Assembly: GCA_965645245.1 (NCBI GenBank)
Contig: OZ287074.1
Coordinates: forward strand, 806,001 to 870,000
Reading direction: 5' to 3'
DNA length: 64,000 nt
Source: Massalongia carnosa
Taxonomy: Eukaryota
Position 1 is the stretch's first letter, and the number at the start of each line of letters is the position of its first letter. Position numbers and translations under genes: made by a program. Positions 26,157-36,682 of this stretch are shown here, piece after piece. The notes under the pieces are model-generated. The model saw only the letters and a program-made list of their open reading frames with translations, was not told the DNA's origin and made no database searches.

Positions 26157-26826
26157 TAGGCATGCTTTGTTTCATTTTTCAGACTTGTCTTAGGTCAAAG
26201 GTTTTTTCATGGAGCACACGGCTGGGACCCGGAGGGTCCTCGGCCGGACACAGGATTGCATGGTTTTTCTTCCTCAAAAGGTTTTCCATGTACTATAAAA
26301 CTAGATAGACTCGCCCGCATGGGCCGGCCTTCGGCCGGTACCACATCGGAATAAGAATCATCATCATCATCATCGAGCCTCCATCATTGCAGGAGTGAGA
26401 CCGGGTTTTTTGGTTTTTTTACGACATCGCAAACGATTGCGTTTTAGAACTCGAAGAATAGTTGTTGCGGAGACATTGTGCTCATATGCAAGCACTGCGG
26501 CTGGGTTTTCTCGACCATTTGCGTCTTTTCGAACTGTTGTCAAAATTTCGGATTCAAACTCCGAAGTCACCTTCGGTGGACGACCTAAACGAGGTGCATC
26601 TTTGACATATTCTTCTTTCATAAAAGAAGAGACCTCCGGATTAAAACCTCGTTCTCTAACTTTTTCTCTCAGTCGTCTGATGGTTATAGAAGTAAGTCAT
26701 ACCGGAGGCTGTAGCAGCTGCATCTATTCCAACTCCATGTTCAACCAAAGAAAGAGCCTGTAATCTTGCAGCTATTGTATGATTTACTGTTCGTGAATCA
26801 CTCATGATTATATAAAATATATTATA

Positions 26827-29800
26827 ACGTAACCCACCACTACTTTAAACACCAGAATTGCTTCATTTACCTTGCTGTCGCCAGCTGCAACGTCGTCGAT
26901 ATGAATAACTTCATGAATCTAACTAAAGGCGCCTCTTATTCAGCCATTAATCTAACCCCGGACCGAAGGAATTGCTTCAATTGGTCGCCCAGAGCCTAAA
27001 CCAACCACCCTTTTTGATCCGACTTCCCCATGCCTTCCGAGTCTCCCCAGGCGAAAAATCTCTTCGTAATAGCTTCATGATCGACAGTATTAATTATAGT
27101 GAGATGACGAGTGTGATTTTGAATGAAAGTAGTTCGATTAGCTACAAACCAGATCAAAATCAAAGGGGTTGGAGTTATCAGAGGCCCAGTAGAAATCATC
27201 AGAGGCCCAAATGAACATAAAAGCTCTTTTTTCATCGGATATTTCTCCCAATCTTCGTTATCTTTTGTATGTAAAATAGTCGTATAATTGTCGAATTCCT
27301 GGACAATCTTCCATCTTTTTCCTGCCTCTTCAAAGACCTTTCGACATGGCCAGCTCAATTGAACAATTCCCATCCGGTGCGCGCCCTTCCATCTCTTCCA
27401 ATCTGAAGAACGTACAGGTTCCATGCTCTGATCTTTTCGAGGTCTCCGAGACTCCCGATACCAGTCATCATCCATTGTTTTATCCCCCTCCCGCAACGTT
27501 CAATCAATCCGGTGTTTCAGGCCGTCGCCATCCGACGAAAGTTCGAAGAGCTTGTCGAAGAACCTTTTGTAGATGGCATATGTGGAAAGGAGTAGAGAGA
27601 GCGAGTGCATCGACAATTGAACACGAAGCTCGAGGCCGCTTTGAAGGATAATGATCTCGACAAGAAGCTTGATCTACTGCGTCAACTGGCATATTGTCAG
27701 GTCTTAGAACGGGAGGGCTATTAGATAGGTCTCGCACGCGTACCGGACATGACCATGGACCATGTGCGCAAAGAAATTCGCGGAGGAGTGAAAGAATAGT
27801 TGGAGGCTTTTTATGCATCATCGCCCTCTCCACCTCGCATGAACTCGGTATGTTCTTCCCTGTCTTCCTCGCCCATGTCATCGCCTTTGGCCAGGCGGGT
27901 GATTGCGCCGCTTTCCAGAGGAGATCGTGTAGGTTTAGCTGTCATAGCTGCAAAGAGCAAAAGAAAAACAGCGAACGAAGTCGCTCTTATTTACGGGGTC
28001 AACAGGGGAACTGTGGCCCGTCGAATGAAAGGAAGTCGAAATGCCGCGGAGTATGGTCTGACTCGTCGCCTTTTGGATGACAGCGAGGAGCAATCCATTC
28101 TTAATTATATTGATTCGAGCATTGCTTTGAGTTTTCCCGCTCGCTTTGATATGATTCGTGAAAAGGTCATGAAGTTGTTGAGACTTCGCGTTGAATCTTC
28201 TGCATCTTTGGGAATTAATTGGACGAAGCGCTTTCTTGATCGATATTCGAACTATCGTTCTCGATTTCCTCGTCACTTGGATCAGGAACGACATTGGAAC
28301 ACTGATCGCAAAGTGTTCGAGGATTGGTTCTCGCTTGTTTGAAGAACAATAGACAAGTATGGCATTGCGACAGGTGATGTTTATAATCTGGTGGGAGTTG
28401 CGGGAAATATTCGGTAAGTGATCATATTTTCAGCTAAGTCACTTTCGGTTAGAAAATATCTGAGACTAGATGTTTTACGGTTAATAAGCTTGAGCGGGGC
28501 TACATTTCAGATCATCGAAAATTTAATCTTGATTTAAAGTTTTAAGCCTCATCGTTTAAGGTTTGATGTTTACGCTAAAATTTTTATTATTTTGTAGAAA
28601 GGTCATCGTGCGACGATGCGACAAAAACGCCTTTTCCGTTCATTCTGGAGACAGGAAATGGAGCACCTGCGAGAGTTCGTTTCTACTCGAGGATGCGTGT
28701 TCAAGCTCATGATTATCTTCGAAGGTATACGAGTAAAACCTGAAAGGAGGAATTTCTCGAGGCAACCTTTGCCGTTAGCAAGAATGGCTGGACTGACAAC
28801 AGTCATGGACTGACCTGGGTGAGAGAGTGTTTCAATCCTCAGACAGTTCATTTGAAAGGCCGACGACTTCTTCTGATTGACAGGCATGCGTCTCATGTCT
28901 CTGTTGATTTTATCGAGTACTGCTGGTCAGTGGATATAATTCCGCTCTGTCTTCCACCTCATACTACTCATTTTCTTCAGCCTTTGAACGTAAAATGTTT
29001 CGGACCTCTGGACAAAGCATATAAAAAACAGCTGAAGGGGCGAAGTAAATTCGGAGAGGTGTACGTGAATAAATTGAATTATCTGAAGTTTCTAAAGAGG
29101 GCAAGGACCAGAAAAGGCACCCGGTCCGGACGGGATCACAAATAGAATTCTCAAGGCATGCTCGGAAAATCTGATCAAGTTGCTGACACCACTGTTCCAG
29201 GCCTGCGCAGAGCAGGGTTATCATCCTTGAGCGTTCAAAACCGCCAACACCATCACGCTGAAGAAACCAGGAAAGAGTAATTACGCGGATCCTAAGGCGT
29301 GGAGACCCATTGCGCTCCTAAACACGCTTGGAAAAATGCTAGAATCCATTATAGCGAGGAAAATAAGCTATTTAACGGAAAAACTCAGATTAATTCCAGA
29401 CACGCAAATGGGAGCAAGACCAGGCCGCGCAACGGACACAGCGCTCGAACTGCTCACGGAGCAGGTACACACGGTCTGGAATCAAGGGAAAGACACAGTA
29501 GCATCGCTTCTTAGTATCGACGTCTCAGGCGCCTTCGATACGGTTTCACATCGTAAGCTCATTCATAATCTGAGAAAGAGAAAAATTCGGGAATGGATCA
29601 CGAAATGGACAGAAAGCTTCCTCAAGGAAAGAGAAACCACTCTCACGATCAATCAACGAACAACCAACGCATTCCAGCTGAATATAGGAATTCCGCAAGG
29701 ATCTCCTTTGTCTCCCATTCTATATTTCTTTTATAATGCAGACTTGCTCGATATTTGCAATAGACCAGGTACCAACGTAGCGGGCATGGGTTTCGTAGAC

Positions 29801-32561
29801 GACGTCAATATACTGGCGTACGGAAAGTCCACCGAAGAGAATTGCAAAACGCTGGAAAAAATACACGACGACTGCGAACGATGGGCCGCTCGCCACGGCT
29901 CCGTATTCGCGCCACACAAATACGAGCTGATACACCTGGCAAAGAATCCAAAGAAATTCAACCTGGACGCATCCTTCGCGGTAAGAGGCAAGATCCTGAA
30001 GACCAAGACTTCGATAAGAGTTCTGGGAGTATACATTGACACTAGACTCGATTGGGCAGCGCATTACAAGGAAATTCAGAAGAAAATGACGAGACAAAAA
30101 ATGGCACTGACCAAAATCGCAGCCTCAACCTGGGGGGCGACCCTCCTACGAGCCCGCCACGTGTACACAGCAGTGATACGCCCCGCCATGTCGCACGGCT
30201 CGATAGCATGGTACATGCCAGCCGAAGCAAGAAAGAAAGCCAAAGTCGAATCAAGAAGCAAAATTGAAGTCATACAAAACAAGTGTTTACGAGTCATAGC
30301 CGGAGCGTACAAGGCTACCCCAATTGAAGTATTACAGGCAGAAACCCACATCCCTCCATTAACGCAACATCCAGACCGCTTACAAGCAAAAACGAGATCC
30401 AGAATCTCGAACAGCGAACAGGAAAAAATTATAAAGCAGGCGTGCAATAGAATTCAAGTGAAACTCAGAGGTAAAAGAGGTCAATCGCGAGTCGCAGAGA
30501 AAACACCGGGAACTCGTAAACGAGAATGGGTAACAAAGATGACGAAAGACGCACCGAAAACAGTTAAACTGGATCAACCCTCTCCCTCCCTGGACAACGA
30601 TCGACGAGGCACAGAAGAGACAACGCACAGCGCAAGTAACGACGCAGAACCAACGAGACGGGATAATAAAGAAGCACTTTGAGAATCAGTGGATCAACAA
30701 GTGGAAAGCATATCAAGCAAAACACACGTTATATCCCACGATCGCACAACAGGCGCCTATACACAGGAAAAGGCTTAACGCACACAAGTTACTAGACAAA
30801 GCGCAAAGCTCACTAGCAACACAGATAAGAACGGAAAAAGTCGGACTAGCCAACTTTCTATATCGGCGCAAGGTCCCAGGTGTGAACTCGGCGGCATGTC
30901 CCTGCGGAAGCCTCTTACAAACAGCCAAACATGTAATCATGTTCTGCAGACTGCACGAACACAGAACGCACATGCTACGAACGGCAGGCTCGTCAGACTA
31001 CCGCAAGCTAATCACCGAACCCAAAGCTCTCAAAGTAGTAACCGCGTGGCTCATGCGCACAGGTATTTTAACACAGTATTCCATTGCCACGCAACTACTT
31101 GAACAACAGCCGGGCAGTCTCTCTTCAGTTTGAAAAACAGGTATCGCAGATTTTCGAGATACAGGAATCAATCCGCGGGAGCGGCGAACCCCCGATGAAG
31201 CGGATACGCAGGAGTAGTTTTTCACCTTTGGGTTTTCTACTTATTATATAGCTTATATAGCATCTCCCGCATGGGCCGGCCTTCGGCCGGTGACACAACG
31301 GCGTAAGAATAATCAAATCAAAGAGGGCAAGGGAAACGGTCATGACTTTCGATGTAATCATGTCAGCTTGGGCTGCAACTAGTGGATAAAAGTAACATTA
31401 TTTTCTTAATGTTTTGCTATCAAGTTCAGGTATTTATTCTTTTGACCCGCAGCGAGTAATTGAGAAATTACCTCAATTTCTTCAATCGGTTCCTTCGGCC
31501 CCTTCGAGTTCAATCGTATTTCCCTTGACCTCCACCTCCACCTCCACCTTCATCAACAGTTCATTTTCGAAAAATTCTTTCGATAGAACTCCTTCTAACA
31601 AGCGCGATTACTCTGCTATGTTGAATTCATTGGAAATTTTCATACCCAAATCACATCAAGACCGGCTTCGGCGTCTCAAAAGAGCAACTGCTATCGCCTT
31701 CGAAGATCGAACACTTCTTCAAGACTCTACTCAGTCATTATTCAGAGCGAATCTGGCCAAGAAGAAGAGAAAGAAAAAGAGAAAAGAGGCAGGGGAAAGG
31801 GCTACTTATGATAGCGCTTTCGGACGTGTTCTCACCGAGACTCAGGCCGAGGCATATCGCATAAAAGAGAAGGAGAAATCAGAGATCACTCGTCTGAGAA
31901 AGGAGGCCGTTGAGACTATAAAGATGAACGCTGCTGAAAAGAAGAAGGAGGCTGAAAGAAAGAAAGATGAAAGAATCAAACGATTGGCTGCTCAGGCTGA
32001 GAAGAAAAAGAAAGAGGATAAACTGAAGACTGAACGTAAGCGTGAACGAATGACAAAGGCCATGCAGAAGGAGAAGGAAAAGAGGTTGAAGATGTCAAAT
32101 CAAGGACCATCGAAAAGAAGACGAGATAATTTGCCTACAAATGCTCCATTTACCTCTCAAAGTCAGATGAAGTTTACCTGAAATTCCACCCAAACACAAT
32201 TGAAATTGTATGAAATTCGCCTACCCCGCAAGCTCGTTCTTTGAAAGCATCTCCGAGTCTTTACGGGTCGAGTTTGAACGCGCCTTATTTTATCAGGCCG
32301 GTGGTGAGGGAGGGAAGTCCTGATTTATGAAGACATAAATCTTGAGAGTTGAAGTTCGACGACGAGGTTTTTCGGGTAATGGAAGGGGGGTGGGGGATGT
32401 AATTACTCTCGGGTGATGATCAGACTGTTTTCTAGCGACGAGGCTATTCAGATTTATTTATTTCATCATTATTTTAGCTGTCATTGATGATGACGATGAG
32501 GGTATTTAGATATTCTGGTGTTTAAAGTAGTGGTGGGTGACGAACTAGTGTTGGGTTACGT
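26827..32561 (+). mobile_element. Fot1/pogo-like element D, decayed, inserted just upstream of the ATG of element B
   Basis: TA|ACGT...ACGT|TA termini with the shared TIR core acccaccactactttaaacaccagaat. psq/CENP-B HTH at 27800-28342; DDE region RLLLIDRHASH...LPPHTTHFLQPL; K/E-rich C-terminus at 31430-32181. Confidence 0.88.
29107..31319 (+). mobile_element. 5'-truncated Tad1-like LINE (LINE-b) with an RT domain, inserted in the transposase of element D
   Basis: 13-bp TSD aaagagggcaagg at 29094-29106 and 31320-31332. KAPGPDGI, WRPIALLNTLGK, DVSGAFD, GIPQGSPLSPILY and FVDD motifs; CPCG...HVIMFC zinc knuckle. One TGA at 29228 and a frameshift near 30.6 kb. Confidence 0.95.
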
Positions 32562-33236
32562 TAGAAATTTCGATAATAAAACAAATATCAAAAGCTGAAG
32601 TTTCGTTACCACTTTAAATGATCTCCCTATAGTATTTTTAACGCTAAATCTACGTGGCGTTTTTAGCCCGCATTAGCGTGTTATCAGGACTTTCGGTGTC
32701 ACGGTGTCAACCTCTGTACCTTACAATTTTCAACGCGCCTATTAAAGCAATGGCGAAAAGACATTGTGGAATTTTCGTCATACCTATGTACCATCATCTT
32801 TAAGCTCATTACTCAAATACTACGCTTCCCTCCCTTTCGACTCCATCACTTTTGATGAGCAAGATAGAGTAGAGTACTTATAACCCAAAAATACGCATGA
32901 TCCCCCTTTCGTTAATCCATACGAGTTGCACCATATGGTGAGGAGGTGGAACGAGAGCAAAACAATGTTTCCTTGGTTAAATCCTATCACTACTGTAACG
33001 ACAGATTCTACATACACATTAAAAGAAGCAAGATCCTCGATAAGTCATCGTTCCAAAGCCATATGGCTAAAGTCCGCATCCGAGCAACTCCCCGACTCCA
33101 TCCATTTCCCGATTCTCATTCTCAACGGACCAAGCTCGTCACAAGATACCCATGATATCATAAACTCGTATCACATAATATAAGTTCTGCGCCGATTCCC
33201 CCAACGCCAGAGATCTAGCCGCACTATAGGGCATAT

Positions 33237-35591
33237 TCATCGAGAATAAGGCTTGTTCATAGCGGCAATCTCCCGGGCGATCGTAGCCCATTCGAGTTCG
33301 CGCCGAACCGGTTCGCCGCGCTTCTGCTGCTGGACTTCATCCCATTTGAGAAGCTCATACGCAAAGCGGAGATGTGGCTGGATGATCACGTTTAGGCGAC
33401 GGGCACGGACAAAACAACTTCAAAGCATATATGGTAAGCAAGAGGAGATATCCAAGAAGATGGACCGCTTCGACGTCGCTTAAAAACGGAAACAACTTAC
33501 TAGGCTCGTGGGAAGGACATGCGGAGTGAAGCCATTACTTCTGCGATGCAAATCGTCGCAGACCGAGAGACACCCACGCGGCAGTGTACCAAGGTTGCTG
33601 TGCCATCCAGTTTACTTTTGGCTAAATTAAAGAGTCAACGCCGAATTTACATCTCTGAGCAGTGAAGAAGTAGAGCACTTACCAATGAAATCCAAACACT
33701 TCTCGAACTCATTCATCAAAGGATCAACGCCATTATCCTGAACGCGATCGATGAAAAGTACGTTTTTAGCGCCCCATTTTTCTAACTGATACTTATTCCA
33801 GCTTACAGGCTCCCCTACGCTAAGAATCTTCTTGATGCCCATGGCTCTTAACAGGTCTGGGTTATTTGCATGTCCTAGGTTGCCAAGGTACATGTACGGC
33901 AGTATACGACTTGGAAGACTCCCGTCAATATGCGATAACCATGCTGGCGGCCCTTTAATCGTTCCCAAGTCTTTATATGTGATGCGTGGTGACAACTGTA
34001 GCAGCCGTGATTGCAAGGTTACCAATAGTGCAACGTCAGACGGATATGCGAAGAAGTTACGCTTCTTCTCGCAATGAAGGCGAAGCCAGGCATCATGAAC
34101 TGGAATACCTTCAGCGTACATAAAGTAAGCTAATCCCAGCAATGTGCTTTCCGTGTAACCATCAGCACAGTGGATAAGGATCTTCCGTGGGCTGGGAGAT
34201 AAGATCTTCATTGGAATGTCGCCCTCTGCGTCCCGCTCATCTTCACTATTGTCAGGGGTAATCCGGCGATTTGCTAATTGATAGATCCATTGGCACATCT
34301 CCGTTAGAGGGTCCGCAGCTAGGATTGATTTGGTTGGAGGCGTCATGCTACCTGACGAGGGAAATTCAATATGCTGTGGAGCAGAGTAGCTCAGCTCACC
34401 AATGCGATGGAGGGTCCGGAGATCTGCCGCCTCCGCGAGATCACTGGCTTCAATGAGAATATCGAAGCTGGGTGTCTCCTCAACTCCATTGGTGGAGCAC
34501 TGAAGTGTTGAGTCAGGAGTTGGGCCTAACCAAACATTATGTGATATTTCGGAAGCTTTCGACATGTTACACATCTCTTGCCGTTCCCACTGGACTATGT
34601 TCCGACCCATCAGGAATTATTTAAATCTATGCATGAGGGAAAGCTCCTCCAACTCACAAAAGTCTATGACCTCGCCTGTCGTTTGCTCTTTGGAGTCGAT
34701 TGCTACGAGACTTGGGTAGCACCTTTCAATTTTGTGAAATGGATCTAATGATAAGCTTAGTAATTAAACAAAGCTGGGGCTCCGTGCTGTCACTGTGGTA
34801 AAGGACTCACCGGATAGTACAAAAGTATTGAACAGAGGTGCGTCGCGGTCCCTTGAGGGAAGTTTTTCAGCCCAAGCTCTCTGTGCCTGAGAAATCCTCT
34901 TCGCCGCATTATGAACTTCGCTTTGAGGAGACTCATCATCGCCATATACAACAATATCTGATACTCTCGCCATCTTGGCGGTCTGGATATGAAAGTTGCG
35001 GACTGAAAAGCCCTCCTTTGGGTCGATGTCCAAAAAAATACCATCATTTTGAGCTTGAGGAGACAGTAGCTCTTCTACATCCAGTGCTCCCCTGAGTCTC
35101 GACTTTGTCTGATTTCCTACTTTAACAATAGTTATGCCTCGAAAGCACCTTGGTGTGCTTCTCAATGCCTTCCGTCGAGCAATAAAGAACGCTAATTGAA
35201 CTTGATTGCTGGGGTGTAGGCCATGCAACCATGGAAACACTTGCTTTGGATCCGGAAAAAGCTGCGTTGCAAGGCAATCGAGTGCTGCTGAAAGCGTGGA
35301 AGCGCTGATTACGTAGACTGGAGGCATGTCAATGATCCTTGGATATGTTTCAGGTGGATATAGTAAGGAGAATGTCTGAAAGCTAGCATGCTTCGAGGGT
35401 GGCGATGCTGGAGGCGTAGCAGGAATACAGCTTTGCGGGCTGGGTATGGGACCCGGAGAGCAATAAGGAAGGTGCTTGTTGGGTATTGGAGCAGTTTTGA
35501 GTTTTGAGGTATTAAGAGATAGGGGAGGTGCATGAGGAGGCGGCGTGTGGGACTGCTGGAGGGGCGGCTGTTGGATCGCGACAGCAGCCAT
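33237..35591 (-). CDS. PPS1: Dual-specificity protein phosphatase Pps1-like
   Basis: FPWLHGLHP, ILIHCADGYTES, LPSRILPYMYLGNL, catalytic HCRVGVSRSAT and RARRLNVIIQPHLRF; four introns. Confidence 0.9.
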
Positions 35592-36682
35592 CGTCTTAGA
35601 TTCCTTCGGAGAACCCTGGTCATTCAACGACACCACCGCTATTACTGAATATCGAAGCACCTTAATTTCAACCTCCGTCTTGCAGCGTTACAAAAACCTC
35701 GCCAGTGCTGTACATCAAGCAAAGCTTATCACCATGAAATGCTCATTCAGATTTACATATCTGAAGCTGTTTCTAATTCATGCAAGTTGAACAGTCTCTT
35801 GAAGCTAGGAAAGCTCAATCATGGCCATTACCAAGCCTAACGTGCTAGACATCAGCAATGTAATCAGAATACGGTAAAATAATCAAGCTTCGATACGAAC
35901 TTCTTGCCATCATACCTGCAGTAGCGGGGGTTAGCGATAGCTCTTTGAGTAGCAAGAGAACGTGCAGATTGCAAAAATTTTTCTCGCGAATGAAGCTGAT
36001 ATCACATTGAACTTTCACTCTTGACTTTTCGATAATGGGATGTGATCTGAATGTTGGGAAGAGGTGAAGGCGTGCTTTTGATAGAGTAAGTATCCTGAGC
36101 ATGGACCATTTATCATCTAGTCTGCCCCGCCAAAGAGGTACATATTAGCCTTGGCGCGCCCCGCAATTAGGGCACACGGACAGTGATACCCAGTCCAGAA
36201 GAAACACTCCACGATAACATGTTATGACTACCCTTGTCTTCTTCTGGCTATTCAGGGGAAGGAATGTTGTTCGGCATGCACGATTACAAGAAATTGCCTC
36301 CCGGAAATAGTCCGTAATGAATTTTAAAGCATCTTAGCATCAAACCAACGGGCAAGGAGTAGAAGAAGAAGCACAAAGCGCACGCGATCCCTCGGGTAAC
36401 GTTATCTAATTCTTCGAACGGAACAGGCACGGGCCTCGTCCACTTTCACCGTTTCTCCGGATTAGGTTAGCTATGAATGACGGACATGATCGATCGAGGC
36501 ATGTCCTAGGCATAAGTAGTCAAATAAAAGTAAGTACCTTTCAACGTAGAAGCCACACATAGCCCACAGGACAATTCGCTTGCGGATGAAGCAAGTCCGT
36601 AGGACTATCTACCTAGTTAACTTGGTAATTTAGGAAAGGTCTTTGTACTTATTCTGTACAGTATCTCTTAGCGCAAGGACCA

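Larger units (their letters stand above)
23902..26371 (+). mobile_element. 5'-truncated Tad1-like LINE (LINE-a, ~0.6 kb of its own sequence) inserted in the transposase of element B and interrupted by element C
   Basis: 15-bp TSD atcgagcctccatca at 23887-23901 and 26372-26386; ORF2 C-terminal zinc knuckle CSCG...HVIMFC; (ATC)n tail. Confidence 0.9.
22867..32716 (-). mobile_element. Tc1-like element B, host of the nest, with a fragmented DD34E transposase
   Basis: 30-bp TIR gacaccgaaagtcctgataatacgctaatg (22867-22896) matches the reverse complement of 32671-32700 with one mismatch. Transposase pieces run from the ATG at 26805 (MSDSRTVNHTIAARLQAL) to ...PGLTPAMMEAR (26372), then MEARYQFAL...WIDE...QEDKAPSH...WPGNSPDLNMIE down to 22948. 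Confidence 0.85.

Noticed and set aside
26996..27496. 166-aa minus-strand ORF inside element D, considered as Fanzor/TnpB-like cargo because RWKGAHRMG...KIVQEFDNYTT loosely recalls the RuvC-II region
   Set aside because: No RuvC-I (D-x-G), no CxxC zinc finger and no RuvC-III RDxNA motif were found in the frames read. The overlapping plus frame is better explained as the N-terminal extension of the pogo transposase. An HHpred hit to TnpB would reopen this.
31170..31210. ccgatgaag in the LINE-b 3'UTR as a hammerhead core or SECIS element
   Set aside because: It lacks the CUGAUGA and GAAA boxes in the right stems, and there is no selenoprotein context.
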